DNA from: Takakia lepidozioides
Lineage: Eukaryota; Plantae; Bryophyta
Direction of reading: 5' to 3'
Assembly: GCA_030704615.1 (NCBI GenBank)
Contig: CM060733.1
Location: 16,554,001-16,618,000 of the forward strand
DNA length: 64,000 nt
The notes under the pieces are model-generated. The model worked only from the letters and a program-made list of their open reading frames with translations, had not been told where the DNA came from and did no database searches. How positions within the stretch are numbered: the first letter of the stretch is position 1; each line of letters starts with the position of its first letter. Of the stretch, positions 37,398 to 48,830 are shown in pieces. Position numbers and translations under genes: made by a program.

Positions 37398-38300
37398 AAT
37401 AAATCGAGACCACCATAATGGTGGTCTGGATTGATTTTTATTTATTTATAAATAAACTCAAGGCCACTAGCAGACCACCAACCAACTACAAGGGCTCACC
37501 TCCAGTATTCTCGATTTAACTTTCTTTTTAAAAGATAATTCGGAACTGCCATGGCGGTCCGGATTAATTTTGATTTAAAGAAAAACTTGGACTCCCTGCT
37601 AGTAAACCACAAATGTTGGCTTGGCGGTATCGATTTGTTTTTTAATAAAAATTATTCGGGACCGCGATGATGGCGGTTCTGAATAATTTGTATTTTTAAA
37701 AACAAATCGGGACCATCGACGGACCGCCGACAAACCACAAGTGTTGCCCTGACAGTCTCGAAATGTTTTGTAATTTTTTTAAAATAATTCCGGACCGCCA
37801 CCGCCGGATTAATTTTCATTTAAAAAAAACAACTGGGATAGCTAGTGGACCATCAGCCGCACCATCACAAATGCTAGCTTGGCGATCCCATTTTTTTTTA
37901 ATGTTTTGTAAGTAATTTGGGACCGCCACAATGGTTGTCCGGATCAGGTTTTTTGTTTTCTATTCAAATACAATTCAGGGATCGCCAGCCCACCACAAGC
38001 GCTAGCCTGACGGTCGTGATTTCTTTTAAAAAAGTAATTTTGAACCGCCATAATTGTGGTCCAAATTATTATTTGTATTAATTATTTTCTAAAAATTCGG
38101 GACCGCCAGCCAACCACAAGCGGCTGGTGTGGCGGCCCCGTTTGTTTTTAAGAAAATTGGTTTAATAATTCGGGACCATCACAATGGCAGTCCGGATTAA
38201 TTTTATTTCAAAAAACAAAAAACGAGACTGCCAAAAACCTCGCGCTAGTGGTGGTCTTGATTTATAATTTGGGATCGCCACAAAGGCAGTCCGTTTTTTT
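37398..38300. repeat. Degenerate tandem array, about 8 units of about 125 bp, with palindromic cores
   Basis: Recurrent TAATTCGGGACCGCCA-n-TGGCGGTCCGGATTAATTTT near 37398, 37535, 37651, 37783, 37913, 38035, 38166, 38265. Confidence 0.75.
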
Positions 38301-39502
38301 TTGCTTCTTTCAGTATATTTTTTATTTTGAGTTGATAATTAAAATCGGGCATTCTCGATTCCATTAAAATTCAGAAAATAGAAAATGATCTACATGGCTG
38401 CTAACATGTCACGCCCTCCAATAATTTAGTCATGTAAAAATAAAAAGTAAATAAAAATATACTTATCATAAAATCGGTTTTGATATCACATGATGTGCGT
38501 CACAATGTGACATATTTATGCCACGTCATGTTATTTTGTACTGCAAATATGTCCAAAGTGTCTCAAGCTAAACATTCTCATTGTAGATATTTCCTGTCAC
38601 AAAGATTTTGTAGGTAACTACATATTCAATGAATATACAACTTCACTTGTAGAGAAAGTTAGAGACACTAAGAGTAACTCTCTATTTGGAGAGGCTTTAA
38701 CTTTAAGTTAAAGCTAGTCCATTGCAGGACTACTTAATATAATATAAAAGTAGGTCTTAAAGACAAATCTTCAAAGCTTGCTTTTAGCCTAGCTAGAACT
38801 ACATAAGAAGCTCAGGGTGAAGCCACAAGAACAAACATTGGTAGCTCAAAATAATTGTTGTATTAATTATTATCAACGATTTCTTTTGGGAAATTGTTGT
38901 GGTTTTCCTTATTAAATTTCCTATAATAGAAGGTTACATCTAGACCTTGGTAGCCCACTAGTCTGCAGCAGATAATCCACCTTCTCACCAACTTGTTTCC
39001 AAGTGTGGCTCCTTTTGTAAAGGCATATGAGAGTATGGCAGATGAATCAACAAACAATTCACTTGCAGTAATTACGGACTCAATCCATAGAATCTGGAAA
39101 TTCGTGGAGTATGATCCCCCCCCCCCAGGATTATTCATTCAACCAGCTAAAGCCCATTTCATGCATGCAAAGGGCGCTATACCATGACGGAGCTTGTGCC
39201 ACATGACACTATGCCAAATGGGAGGTGGGCCGGCCTAACCAAGCTTGGTGAGAGGGCAGCCCAAACCCAACCATCATTTGGGCATATTTGGGGTCAAGGT
39301 ATTAATTCTCTTGCAGGCCAGGCTAGTCTCAAAACATTTATAAAATATATTTTGGCAATCTGGTGTTGCATATTAATTTTGTGTAATTTTGCATCAATGA
39401 CCCTCCAAATCAGAATTAAGCATAGTGGGAAATGGATGGTTAAAAGTTAATCAGCGATGCGGTTGGGACATTAGGATAAGAGTTGACTCTCAACAACATC
39501 CA

Positions 39503-39835
39503 CCAAATGGCCCAGAGGTTAGAGCACAAGGTCGCCTTGGTTATGGTCACCCTATACCACATGCATCCCATCGAGCTATAGAAGGGGGTCACAGGTTGAC
39601 AAGTCATTTCTGTGCATGCCTGGGATATGAAGTCCTTTGGGCATTAGAAGATCTCACATTTATATATATATATATATATATAAGAGGCCTCCCGAAGAAG
39701 CGTAAATTTTGGTGTTCTTGACCCCAAAGGACTGTTGCTTTCCGGCTAAGGTGGACACCTTTGTGAGAGCATTCGGTGGATTGAACCCACAACCACTTCT
39801 GAGGTGGTATATGTCCATTGACCAGTACTGGGCTA
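39503..39835. mobile_element. Two SINE copies tail-to-tail around a (TA)n tract (39503-39655 +, 39835-39682 -)
   Basis: The + copy starts CAAATGGCCCAGAGGTTAGAGCACAAGG, like 4300. The - copy has TAGCCCAGT..GG, GGTTCAATCC, AGGTGTCCACCTT and a terminal CTTC-TTCG-GGAG hairpin. Confidence 0.65.
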
Positions 39836-41094
39836 CAGCTGGGTTGTCTTACAAGATATTATCACGCTAAGTGCCTTTGGTCTTTGGTCGGCCATTGCAT
39901 CCCTTTTTTTAGTTTGTGGAATTAAACATTGGACATTGTTGATTCCATGCCACCCTAAAAAAAGAGAAACCTGAGGTCAAGCTACATGGTGTGCTTTTGG
40001 GCTAATAAACCGAAAACGGCAGTAATTTTCAATGTAAGATTTTGTTCTATTGGTAGCCAATTTCCGGATGCCTATTCTGGCCAGATCCTGCAATGTAGGA
40101 TTGGACACTATCGACTGTCGTCATCTCACAATGTCCCTAGTCAACAAATTCGTTCTTTGATTGGGGATTATAAAACTCTAAACAAATGACAAATTACTCT
40201 AATAAAAAATCAATAAATATTTGCATATAATTAATTATTTTCACCACGATGAAGTTGACCTATAATGAAGTTGTGTAGCATCATAGAGGCCCTTCCACTC
40301 CATACAGAAGGAGGAGTGGGGTCTTCTCACTATGGAAAGAAGTATCAACAGTATGTAGCTCAGCTGTATAGTGCATTGATCAGTGCCACCAACATGATTC
40401 GACTGGGGTCAAATCGTGCTACCTTGATGGGTGTGGTATGTTTTTCTCCCCTTGGAGTGTTCAATTTTGAAGGTCACCTTAGACTTGCATTTGCAAGTTC
40501 CCTAAAATTTTTGACAACCCTTAAATTTTTTTGGCGGCCATTCGGCGAGCATGCATGTAGCATAAAAATGATTTGCTGTACAATACACATGAAATGGAAG
40601 TCTTTTCACCAGCCTCTGAGAGTTTCTTCAAGGAACCAAACTACTATTTTTCTGTTTTTTTAATAAGGGAGGCCTGCAATGAAATCAATCGACAGGCTTC
40701 TCCCAATCTAAAAGTGGATAACCTGCACCCGACAATATCTATGGAGGGTTGCAGTAGCTGACATGAGGATTGCAATAGAGGTTCACTTACTGACATCTCT
40801 TCTAAGGGTGCTGATTTTCATCTGAAGACCTTGTGCACAGAATGAACTTTCTTTGACAAGCACAGAAATGGAAGTCAGAGTTCACTGGGTTGCATCACTC
40901 ACCTAAGATAGAAAGAGTCTGCTTCAGCAAACCCTCATTCGTGTCCAAAGCTGCAGAGATAGAGTCCAGTTGTAACAAGTACAACAAAGCAAAGTGCAGC
41001 TCACATTGAAGAATCAAGTATTTGTCTCCATCTCTTGGCCACCGACGAGCTCACCAGATATACCAGTCCACAAGTCCACAAATGATAGAAATAA

Positions 41095-41345
41095 TGAGAG
41101 AAATTCAATCTGAATCTATTTCCAGTGGAAGAACTCTACGGTTCTTCATGCCACTCCAAATCTCAAAAATGGCAATCCAATCCATGGCCTCCATTTCGAG
41201 CCCACAAAAAGAACTCGCATCAATGCCTATTTCTACGATTATTTTTTACCCAATTTTGCTTGGAACCCATGCTCGCAAATAGCTGTGCTGGCAGGAATAA
41301 CCAACACCCTTTGCCAAAGGCTAAAGTAGGCCAAGCAGCACAAAA
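41095..41345 (-). mobile_element. hAT transposase C-terminal dimerisation-domain remnant
   Basis: LWQRVLVIPASTAICEHGF/KQNWVKNNRRN..ALMRV..MDWIAIFEIW..KNRR. Confidence 0.7.
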
Positions 41346-41772
41346 GCTCATGTGAACGCAACAATATGCCCAGGGCAGGGCAGGGCACACCGACTACGCG
41401 AGTAGGCCATAGCCATACACTGGTGCAGTGGATAGGGCACACACAATGGCAATGGAATTTGGCACATTGGCAAAATTGCAATAGCCATTGGAATTTGAAA
41501 CCTCCAATGACTATTGCAACTTCGGCAATGGATGGGTTTAAGCACTTGTACGTTGAAGTTTGAACCCTCGACTCTTGAGGCTTGAACCCTTCATTATTAA
41601 ACTTAGACTTTCATTCGCAAGGTTTTTTTATTTTTTTTAAAAGCCCTTCGTGATGGAAGGCTCAGATTTTATCTGGCCTTTCTTTTGAAGGGCCATATTT
41701 TTTCTGCCCTTCATATGGAGCTTTTTTGCAAGTTGAAGGGCGTTGCAGTCTTAAAAAATAGACACTAATAAG

Positions 41773-42802
41773 CCTTGGACGGTGTCCCATGCGAAAGCCT
41801 TTACGCCTAGGATACTCTGAAAGAGGTTATTTTCTCCTCTCACAATAACTAAGGGGCCTAATTTGTGAGCTGCCATAACAATCTAGAACTAAACGTGAGA
41901 GACTCTCATATTAGTCTGTGTGTTACTGTAGTATAGTGAGAGTTAGTAGCTGATCGTTGTAGGTTTGGGCTTCGTTTACTTGGTCTTGGATGCATTAAAC
42001 AAAAATTTCTAGATACACATTAAACATGATGATTTAATGTTTAAGGTTGATGACTTTTAAGTTGGATGAGAACAAGCATCTATCATTATCAATCACCTTG
42101 GACATGGATGATGCAAGATGAAACACGATGTGTATACAAGGTTATGTCATAATCAATTTTGGCTGATACGCGTATTTTGAATCTTTCTTGTTTATGACAT
42201 TTTGACTACACACTTGGATGACCAGCTCTAACAGCTGGGTTTCATGGGCAGTTGCAAGCGCCCCCCCATGAATCGCCTTAGGATTAGTGAGGCGCTATTG
42301 ATCCAAACAGCGTATACCTTAAGGGGCGCCACTACGGAATTGCGCCGTCCCTTCACAAGGGGCTATCGAGTTTCACGGCGCCCCTAACTGACACCTTTGT
42401 TTTTTCCTACAACAGGGCCCACACACTTACAGAATACATTGATTTCCATCCAAACTTAAGTTGAATTTTCCTACTAGGGCGCTTGCTTGGGGGGGCGTTT
42501 GGGAGTGCCCATGGAACCCGGCCCTAACCTAGGGATGACCGGTTAGAGCCGGTCCAATATTTTGAAAAAGGGTGTCTCGAAAAAATAGAAAGGGATAAAT
42601 AGCATCCATTGTACCAAGATACCTTTCTAGATGAGGCTGTTTAGGACTCGTCTTATAGAGTAATCTATTTATTTATTAAAGGGGAACACTTGGGAGTGGC
42701 AGCTCACAAATCAGGCCCCTTAATTATAGGGACAGGAGAAAATAACCTATAATTTCATGGTAACCTCGCCGTGAAGGCTTTCGCATGGGACACCGCCCAA
42801 GG
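41773..42802. mobile_element. About 1-kb non-autonomous TIR element
   Basis: 33-bp TIRs CCTTGGACGGTGTCCCATGCGAAAGCCTTTACG with 2 mismatches; TSD unclear. Confidence 0.75.
42232..42524. mobile_element. Tourist/PIF-Harbinger-like MITE nested in the previous element
   Basis: TAA on both flanks; imperfect TIRs of about 35 bp (GCTGGGTTTCATGGGCA..GCGCCCCCCC / GGGGGGGCG..TGCCCATGGAACCCGGC). Confidence 0.7.
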
Positions 42803-42871
42803 GAAGGGGTATAGAGTCGAGTCAAAATTTTGTGGTCGGTCCCTGGTGTTTTCCGCTTCTCATTGAAAGAT

Positions 42872-43445
42872 ATTGGGTCTTTAAGGCGCGGGTGGCCCTG
42901 GCTAGTACGGGCCGCTGGTTTGGGGTGGCCCCCTCGCGACCCCTCACCGCCGCGGGTCCAATGCCGTAGGATCCACTGGATCCCACTGCAAAGGTGGGTC
43001 CACCCTCCTAGGCCACGGTGGGGCTAACTCCGGGTGTTATCTAGGTAAGGGATAAAAACTTGATGGCGTAGTAGCAAGCAATAGGTAGTATGGTGGTTGG
43101 GCACATTGAATGGTATCAGCGAGGTTGGGGTTCAACTCCGACTGGCGCTGCATGTGCATTAATGATGGTGTTTTTGTTGGCGAGTTCTTCCAAAAAAAAA
43201 CTAAGTCCCGGAGGGCGGGACGGGTTGCGGTGCGGCAAGTGGACCCAGACCTGCGAGTGGACACTACAATTGGACCCGACGAGGCGGGTTGCAGCGCGGC
43301 AAGTGGACCCAGACCCGCGAGTAGACCCTACAATTGGACCCCAGTGGACCCGGACCCGCAAGTGGACCCGCTGGGTGGTCGCGGGGTGGGGGCGACCCCG
43401 CGTCCATGCGCTGCCTGGCCCACACGTGAGACTTAAAGACCCAAT
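42872..43445. mobile_element. GC-rich MITE with subterminal repeats
   Basis: Perfect 14-bp TIR ATTGGGTCTTTAAG / CTTAAAGACCCAAT; multiple GTGGACCC/GGGTCCA motifs; internal tRNA-like A/B boxes. Confidence 0.75.
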
Positions 43446-44507
43446 TAATCTAAAATGAGAGCTGGTGTTTTCCAACTAAAAAAAACGGAGAAAAAAACAA
43501 AACATGAGAAAGAAGTGTTGCGCATGGCCATTCAACATTGAAAGGATAGACAATCATCCCTAGCCATATGGGGATTCTAAAGTCAATTCTGCAAAATGCA
43601 TAACAACCAAAAGTGGAGATGTCAACTCTCATGACAATATGTGGCCAAGTCAACTCTCAAACGAAAACAGGACAGAAGTAGGGACAATGGAGGACGTCAT
43701 AGAATTCGGTAAGTGTCCAGTGATGTGTCGAGGAAAGTCTACCAGTTTCTTCGTGAAAAGGATGGTGAATTTGCATAAAGACTCAATAACGGCAGCTCAA
43801 GCAATTAAGTTGGATCTTGAAGCTGCGATGCAAGACGAGGCTTTCGACTTCCTCCACATCACTGCAGTTATCAAGACTGAACCTTCAGCACTGCAGGTTC
43901 GTGTCATGGGAGAGAGAAATAGTCATGTATAGAGGGCATCAAAAGAGTATGTGTACCTCTGATGCACAACACATGAGGGTAAACCCATCACTATAAGAAC
44001 CAATTGAATTGAAAAAATGTCATTGGAGCTCTCGGAAATCCTCTTAGAAAGTCGTGCAGGAGAGTTGTCAGCTAGTGTGTACATCATAGTGCGCACGGTT
44101 CTAGAAGAATAATGTAAAATTACTCCAAAAATGTCATGTTGTTTTCATCAATCGCAAGCACCTAATGTCTCTATGCAGACAGAATAGATGTGTAAATATC
44201 GAATGATGGATAAGGAGTCTTCTAGAGATTTAGGACTTTGAAATACAACGCGTTCACCTGAAGTAGTTGGACCGAGATCTTCATTTGCGTACGTAGATAC
44301 CTTCAGCTCATATTGGATTCACTTTCTAAGTATAAGCTCAAATCTGCGAGACTTGCATATAAGACAATATTATACAGCTCGAGAGTTTTTCTTTTAAGGT
44401 ACATAACGTTGGACCGTGGTTGTTTTTAATAACAAAAAGTTGATGGAAACTGCAGAATCTGTTGACCTTATATTGAGACCACAACGCCAAAAAGTCCATT
44501 GATCATC

Positions 44508-46705
44508 ATGGCGAGCAATACAACGAAGATAATACCGCCGTGCACATTTAGAATACTATCAATGATCCTTGTACTAGTGGTTTCTATGGACGTTCGAGGT
44601 CACGGCAAAGTCCATGCTCAATTTCCAAGACCCCCACCTTTTGGTCCTCCCCCTGGTTTGCAAATTGGATTTTACCAACGATCTTGTCCTCAGGCAGAGA
44701 ATTTGATTGCCACTGCCACGAAAACAGCCGTCTCGGCTGACCCCACACTTGCTGCTTCACTTCTACGAATTCAATTTCACGATGCTTTTGTTGAGGTGTG
44801 TGCATTGGTGGATAAGCATTTATTTTCAGCAAATTTCGAATGACTAACATCTCTTCTTTCTCCCCTTATCTAGTTGTCCTATTTTTGTATTTTTAGAGCC
44901 GATCTAGTTAAAGTTCAATCATGATTGTCCTTTGTTCATACTATATATTTCATGCAAGGATTATTCTACAATGGAAGCATTTGGGTGTGCAAGCCCTGTG
45001 GAAGCTCTTGTATTCTGAAAAGATTTAATTGTTTTAGTTCTTTTTTTATTGCAGTGAAGTAGATGATAGAGGCTGGATGATCTGGCGTAGGCTGCATTGA
45101 ACAACTAGCAGAAAATTTCTTTGTCAGTAGTAGGGGCCTTTGAAGTTTGCTTTGCGGAACTTGCTAGACATTGACGCGACTCAAAAAAGTGCGCATGATT
45201 ATATTATTTGAAGAACGTAGATGATGATGTCTTATTTCTAAACCACAGTGCCCAATTGACTATTCACTAACTTTTAAGAAGTATTTTTGCCCTGTTTTTG
45301 CACGTACAGGGGGTGGATGGGTCAGTCCTTATCGATTCAACACCCACCAACAGTGCGGAGAAGGACGCACCGCCAAACAAAAATTCGCTACGTGGCTTCG
45401 AAGTGATTGATGCTGCTAAGACATCTGTGGAGAATGTTTGCCCTGGCATTGTATCGTGCGCTGATATTATTGCTCTTGTAGCTCGCGATGCCGTTTCCCT
45501 GGTAACTTTACAAGCTCAACCAAGTTTGTAAGCATGTTTTCACAAATCACACAAAATCAGAAATTGTCACATGAATAGAGAGATCATAGCTTTCAACTGT
45601 GAAACTAGATTACCTTGATTGATTATCCAGGTTGACGCTGCAGATGGATTACATATTTTCATAGAAAAAGAGAAATGTTTTATGGAAGTTTGCGGCAACT
45701 TTAGGACCTACAAGTTGTTGAAAGCACTAACATGATCGGTAGTGCATGTGCAGATCACTAATAATGGACAGGGGCTCTGGCCAGTTACGACTGGTCGCAG
45801 GGACGGCAGGGTCTCTCTAGCAACTGAAGCTACGGCCAACCTGCCTCCTCCCACAGCAAACTATGCACAACTTCTCCAGAGCTTCCAAAACAAAGGTCTT
45901 GGGGCAGATGACCTTGTCATCCTTTCAGGTATAGTGCACACCGATGCAAGATAATTAATGGTGAGATTGATGGAGTTTCTGCATGCTTGTAATTACTGTT
46001 ACATGTACTCGCATGCATCAAAGATCTAGCGGAATGGCCACATTCTCATAAAACCTTCAAGGAATGTTTCAAAGAACTCTACAAAACCATATAACATAAA
46101 TTAAAGTTTTTGGATGTCACATATAAGCAAATCAATGGTACTAGATCATAGATATCTGTCAAGACTGGCCTCAGTGCTTTCCTTGATCCATCTATGTCAT
46201 CATTCAGACGTTTAAGAAATCTATGTTCGGAAGCTCCTGCAACAACCCTCGGTATACTTGTTTACTCATGTTTCTTGATGGATTTGGGACAAATATAGGT
46301 GCGCACACAATTGGCAATACGCATTGTGTTCTCCTACAAAAGAGACTTTACAATTTTACAGGGATTGGAGATTCCGACCCTTCTCTAGACCCTACCTACG
46401 TCCCCCAGCTCAAGGCAAAATGCCCTCCAGGAAGTATCGCAACATTGATCGGCATGGACCCGTACACCCCAGGACAATTCGACAATAAATACTTTCTTGC
46501 TGTTCTAAACAATAGAGGACTTTTTGAGTCAGATGCAACTCTTCTTTCAAACCCCCAAGCACGCAACAAGATTCGAATCGAAAGTGTGAATCCGAATTTC
46601 CCCTTCCGTCAAGATTTCGCAAGGTCTATGCAAAAAATGGGGAGCATTGGCGCTTTGACAGGCTCTCAAGGAGAGATCCGAAGGAATTGCCATATAGTGA
46701 ACTAG
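44508..46705 (+). CDS. PRX: Class III secretory peroxidase
   Basis: Canonical four exons: 44508-44795, 45310-45501 (192 nt), 45754-45928, 46299-46705. Signal peptide; RIQFHD, VSCADI, GRRDG, DLVILSGAHTIG, GEIRRNC. Confidence 0.95.
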
Positions 46706-47079
46706 TGAAATGAGGGGTTGAAAGGTTTGACCCAAAGAGACAAAAGGAAAGAGACTAGCTTGGAGAACTGTGATTCCTTTAGAATGCGTGAGAAGATCCA
46801 TTAAAAGTCTTATAGAAACTTTGTGAAAGACCCCAATGAACAAATTGTTATGACTTGCAGGGTAGCTTTTGCAGTAGTGCCTCAACAGTGAACGAGGCAA
46901 GAATTTATGTAACTCCCACCATGTTTTTCTCTTTCAATGGTGACTAAGGACTTGTCTTTATCTTGATGATTCCAGGCAAGTGAGCGAGTGGCTATGATCA
47001 TAGACAACCCATGGTTTTTTTTCAATTTCACTACCTACACTCACTCACTTTGTCTTTGCAAACCTGTATATAAGAGGGA

Positions 47080-47869
47080 ATCTGAGCTGTAGTTCCTGCA
47101 TCACTTAGGGCCTTCCACCCGTCAAAAATGGCAGATTATAACAAAAATCCACGGTGAAATCTGTAACTCCACATAAAAATTGATGAAAAAATTCCATTTG
47201 ACCAAGGTGACTTGTTAATTTGATAATCTTCCTGGGGCACGGGCCTCCACATTCATAAATCAAGGAAGATTACAGGTGTGCTCTCCCAATTTGAGGATCA
47301 AATGTTGAAAATTTCAAGTGGCTCCTTTGTACGTCCAATTAGGGGGATAGAATGGATATTCCCATGAACAGAGAGATAAACAGAATCTGGAATTTTGAGC
47401 GAAATGGAAATTCCTCTGGTGCACTCCTTCCTTGCAAGAAGATAAAGACGAATGTCAAATTTCAAGAAAATTTCAAAACCACATTTGTGGATGTCATTTT
47501 TTCTCTGTGTCACAAGCATTTTCAGGTGAGGCTAATCTAAACGGCCGGCTGGACATTTCCGGCAGGCTCTTCGGTGGGCCACCGGGGTGGCCAGGCCATG
47601 TGCCCATTTCCGGCTGCCACGTAGTCTGGTCAACTGCCGGGGCCACCCCACAGCCCATGCAAATGACTTACCCACATGCAGATCCTATCCATTTTTGGCA
47701 TATTTGCTTTAGTGTATGGGGGCGCACATTAGTGTGTTGGAATCCTTGTACACACATCTTTTTCATTCAAGGCCCAACTTCATCAGACATCCTCTGCAAT
47801 TGGTAGGACCAGCGCAATAAAGGGACCGAGCCAAACCGACCCAATTTGGGTCGGTCCTGCGTTTAGGGG
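47080..47869. mobile_element. Second, diverged piggyBac-like element (left end lost or unrecognisable)
   Basis: Ends TTTAGGGG|TTAA with subterminal palindrome ACCGACCCA-ATT-TGGGTCGGT; patchy internal similarity to 18060-18690. Confidence 0.5.
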
Positions 47870-48830
47870 TTAAACATGTACTTGATTTGGACTTAATCAC
47901 AGCATGATGCAAAATATTTCATTTCACCTTTCCTGGAAGACAAGGCAACATAGGGCCCAAGCCCACGTATAAGGGCTGAAATTCAAAACTCAAAACATAC
48001 TCCAACCAGGGACAGACATGGCCAAGGATTTTGGGGTACTTCGCAGGGGTCACAATTCCAAACCTGCTGTTAGCCCAATAAGAGTTTGCTTCAGGCAAAC
48101 CCTTACCATTGTTCTCTAGGAATGTCAAAAAAGGTAACTTTCATTGAAGAGATGTCTGGAGAGGTCCTTATACTCCATTTAAGTTTCACCACGCCCTCAT
48201 TCAGTGCTGCATGCCTCATCAATGAATGAATGAAGCTACACATCCAGTTTCACGGATGGATGTTCCCATCCATCTCACTGTGGCTCTTCTTCGTGCGAGA
48301 CGAGGAGAGGGAGAAGGCAGAGCTTCGCGATGGAGGTCGCGATAGCGGAGGTCGATCGTACGCAGCAGTCCGTCTGCGAGCGGGAGCCGGTCTACATTTC
48401 CTGCAACAATGACCGAACGCGAGTCCTGGCAATTTTTCCTTCCCTCTTTCGGTTGTGATTGGAGTTTGGTTTTTCCTTGGTTCTTGATGTTTGATTCATC
48501 CCTGGCGAGGTGTTTCATTCTCGAGAAGGTAGAATGCGTGACCTCTTCTGTAGATAGAGCGAAGAATATGTAGATAGGGAACTGTGATTAGAAGGAATTA
48601 TACGGTCAAGCGTAATGTAAGGTGTACTGGATGGGCTGAAATGTAGGCCGATGTCAGGTTCAATCAGTGATCCCCTAACTACAAGGAAGCGCGCTCTATG
48701 ACCGTTATACAATGTGGTCGCATTTACACAACGAAATTACCACGTATTGCGCCGCACTGCCTTCACATAAAACATACCGGTCAATTTTTTCCTGAGCTCG
48801 TCTCAATGTGCAGTAGAAAGATCCAAAGAG

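Noticed and set aside
37398-38300. CRISPR-like array of regularly spaced palindromes
   Set aside because: Repeats are degenerate, the intervening sequences resemble each other, there are no cas genes, and the context is eukaryotic.
43111-43125. tRNA-Met primer-binding site (TGGTATCAG)
   Set aside because: No adjacent LTR end; it lies inside a MITE.
43639-43932. 97-aa ORF or possible LRR remnant on the minus strand
   Set aside because: No convincing motif; multiple stops in the LRR-like frame.
48219-48518. GC-rich 99-aa ORF upstream of THO1
   Set aside because: No recognisable domain or splice structure; may be an unidentified fragment.
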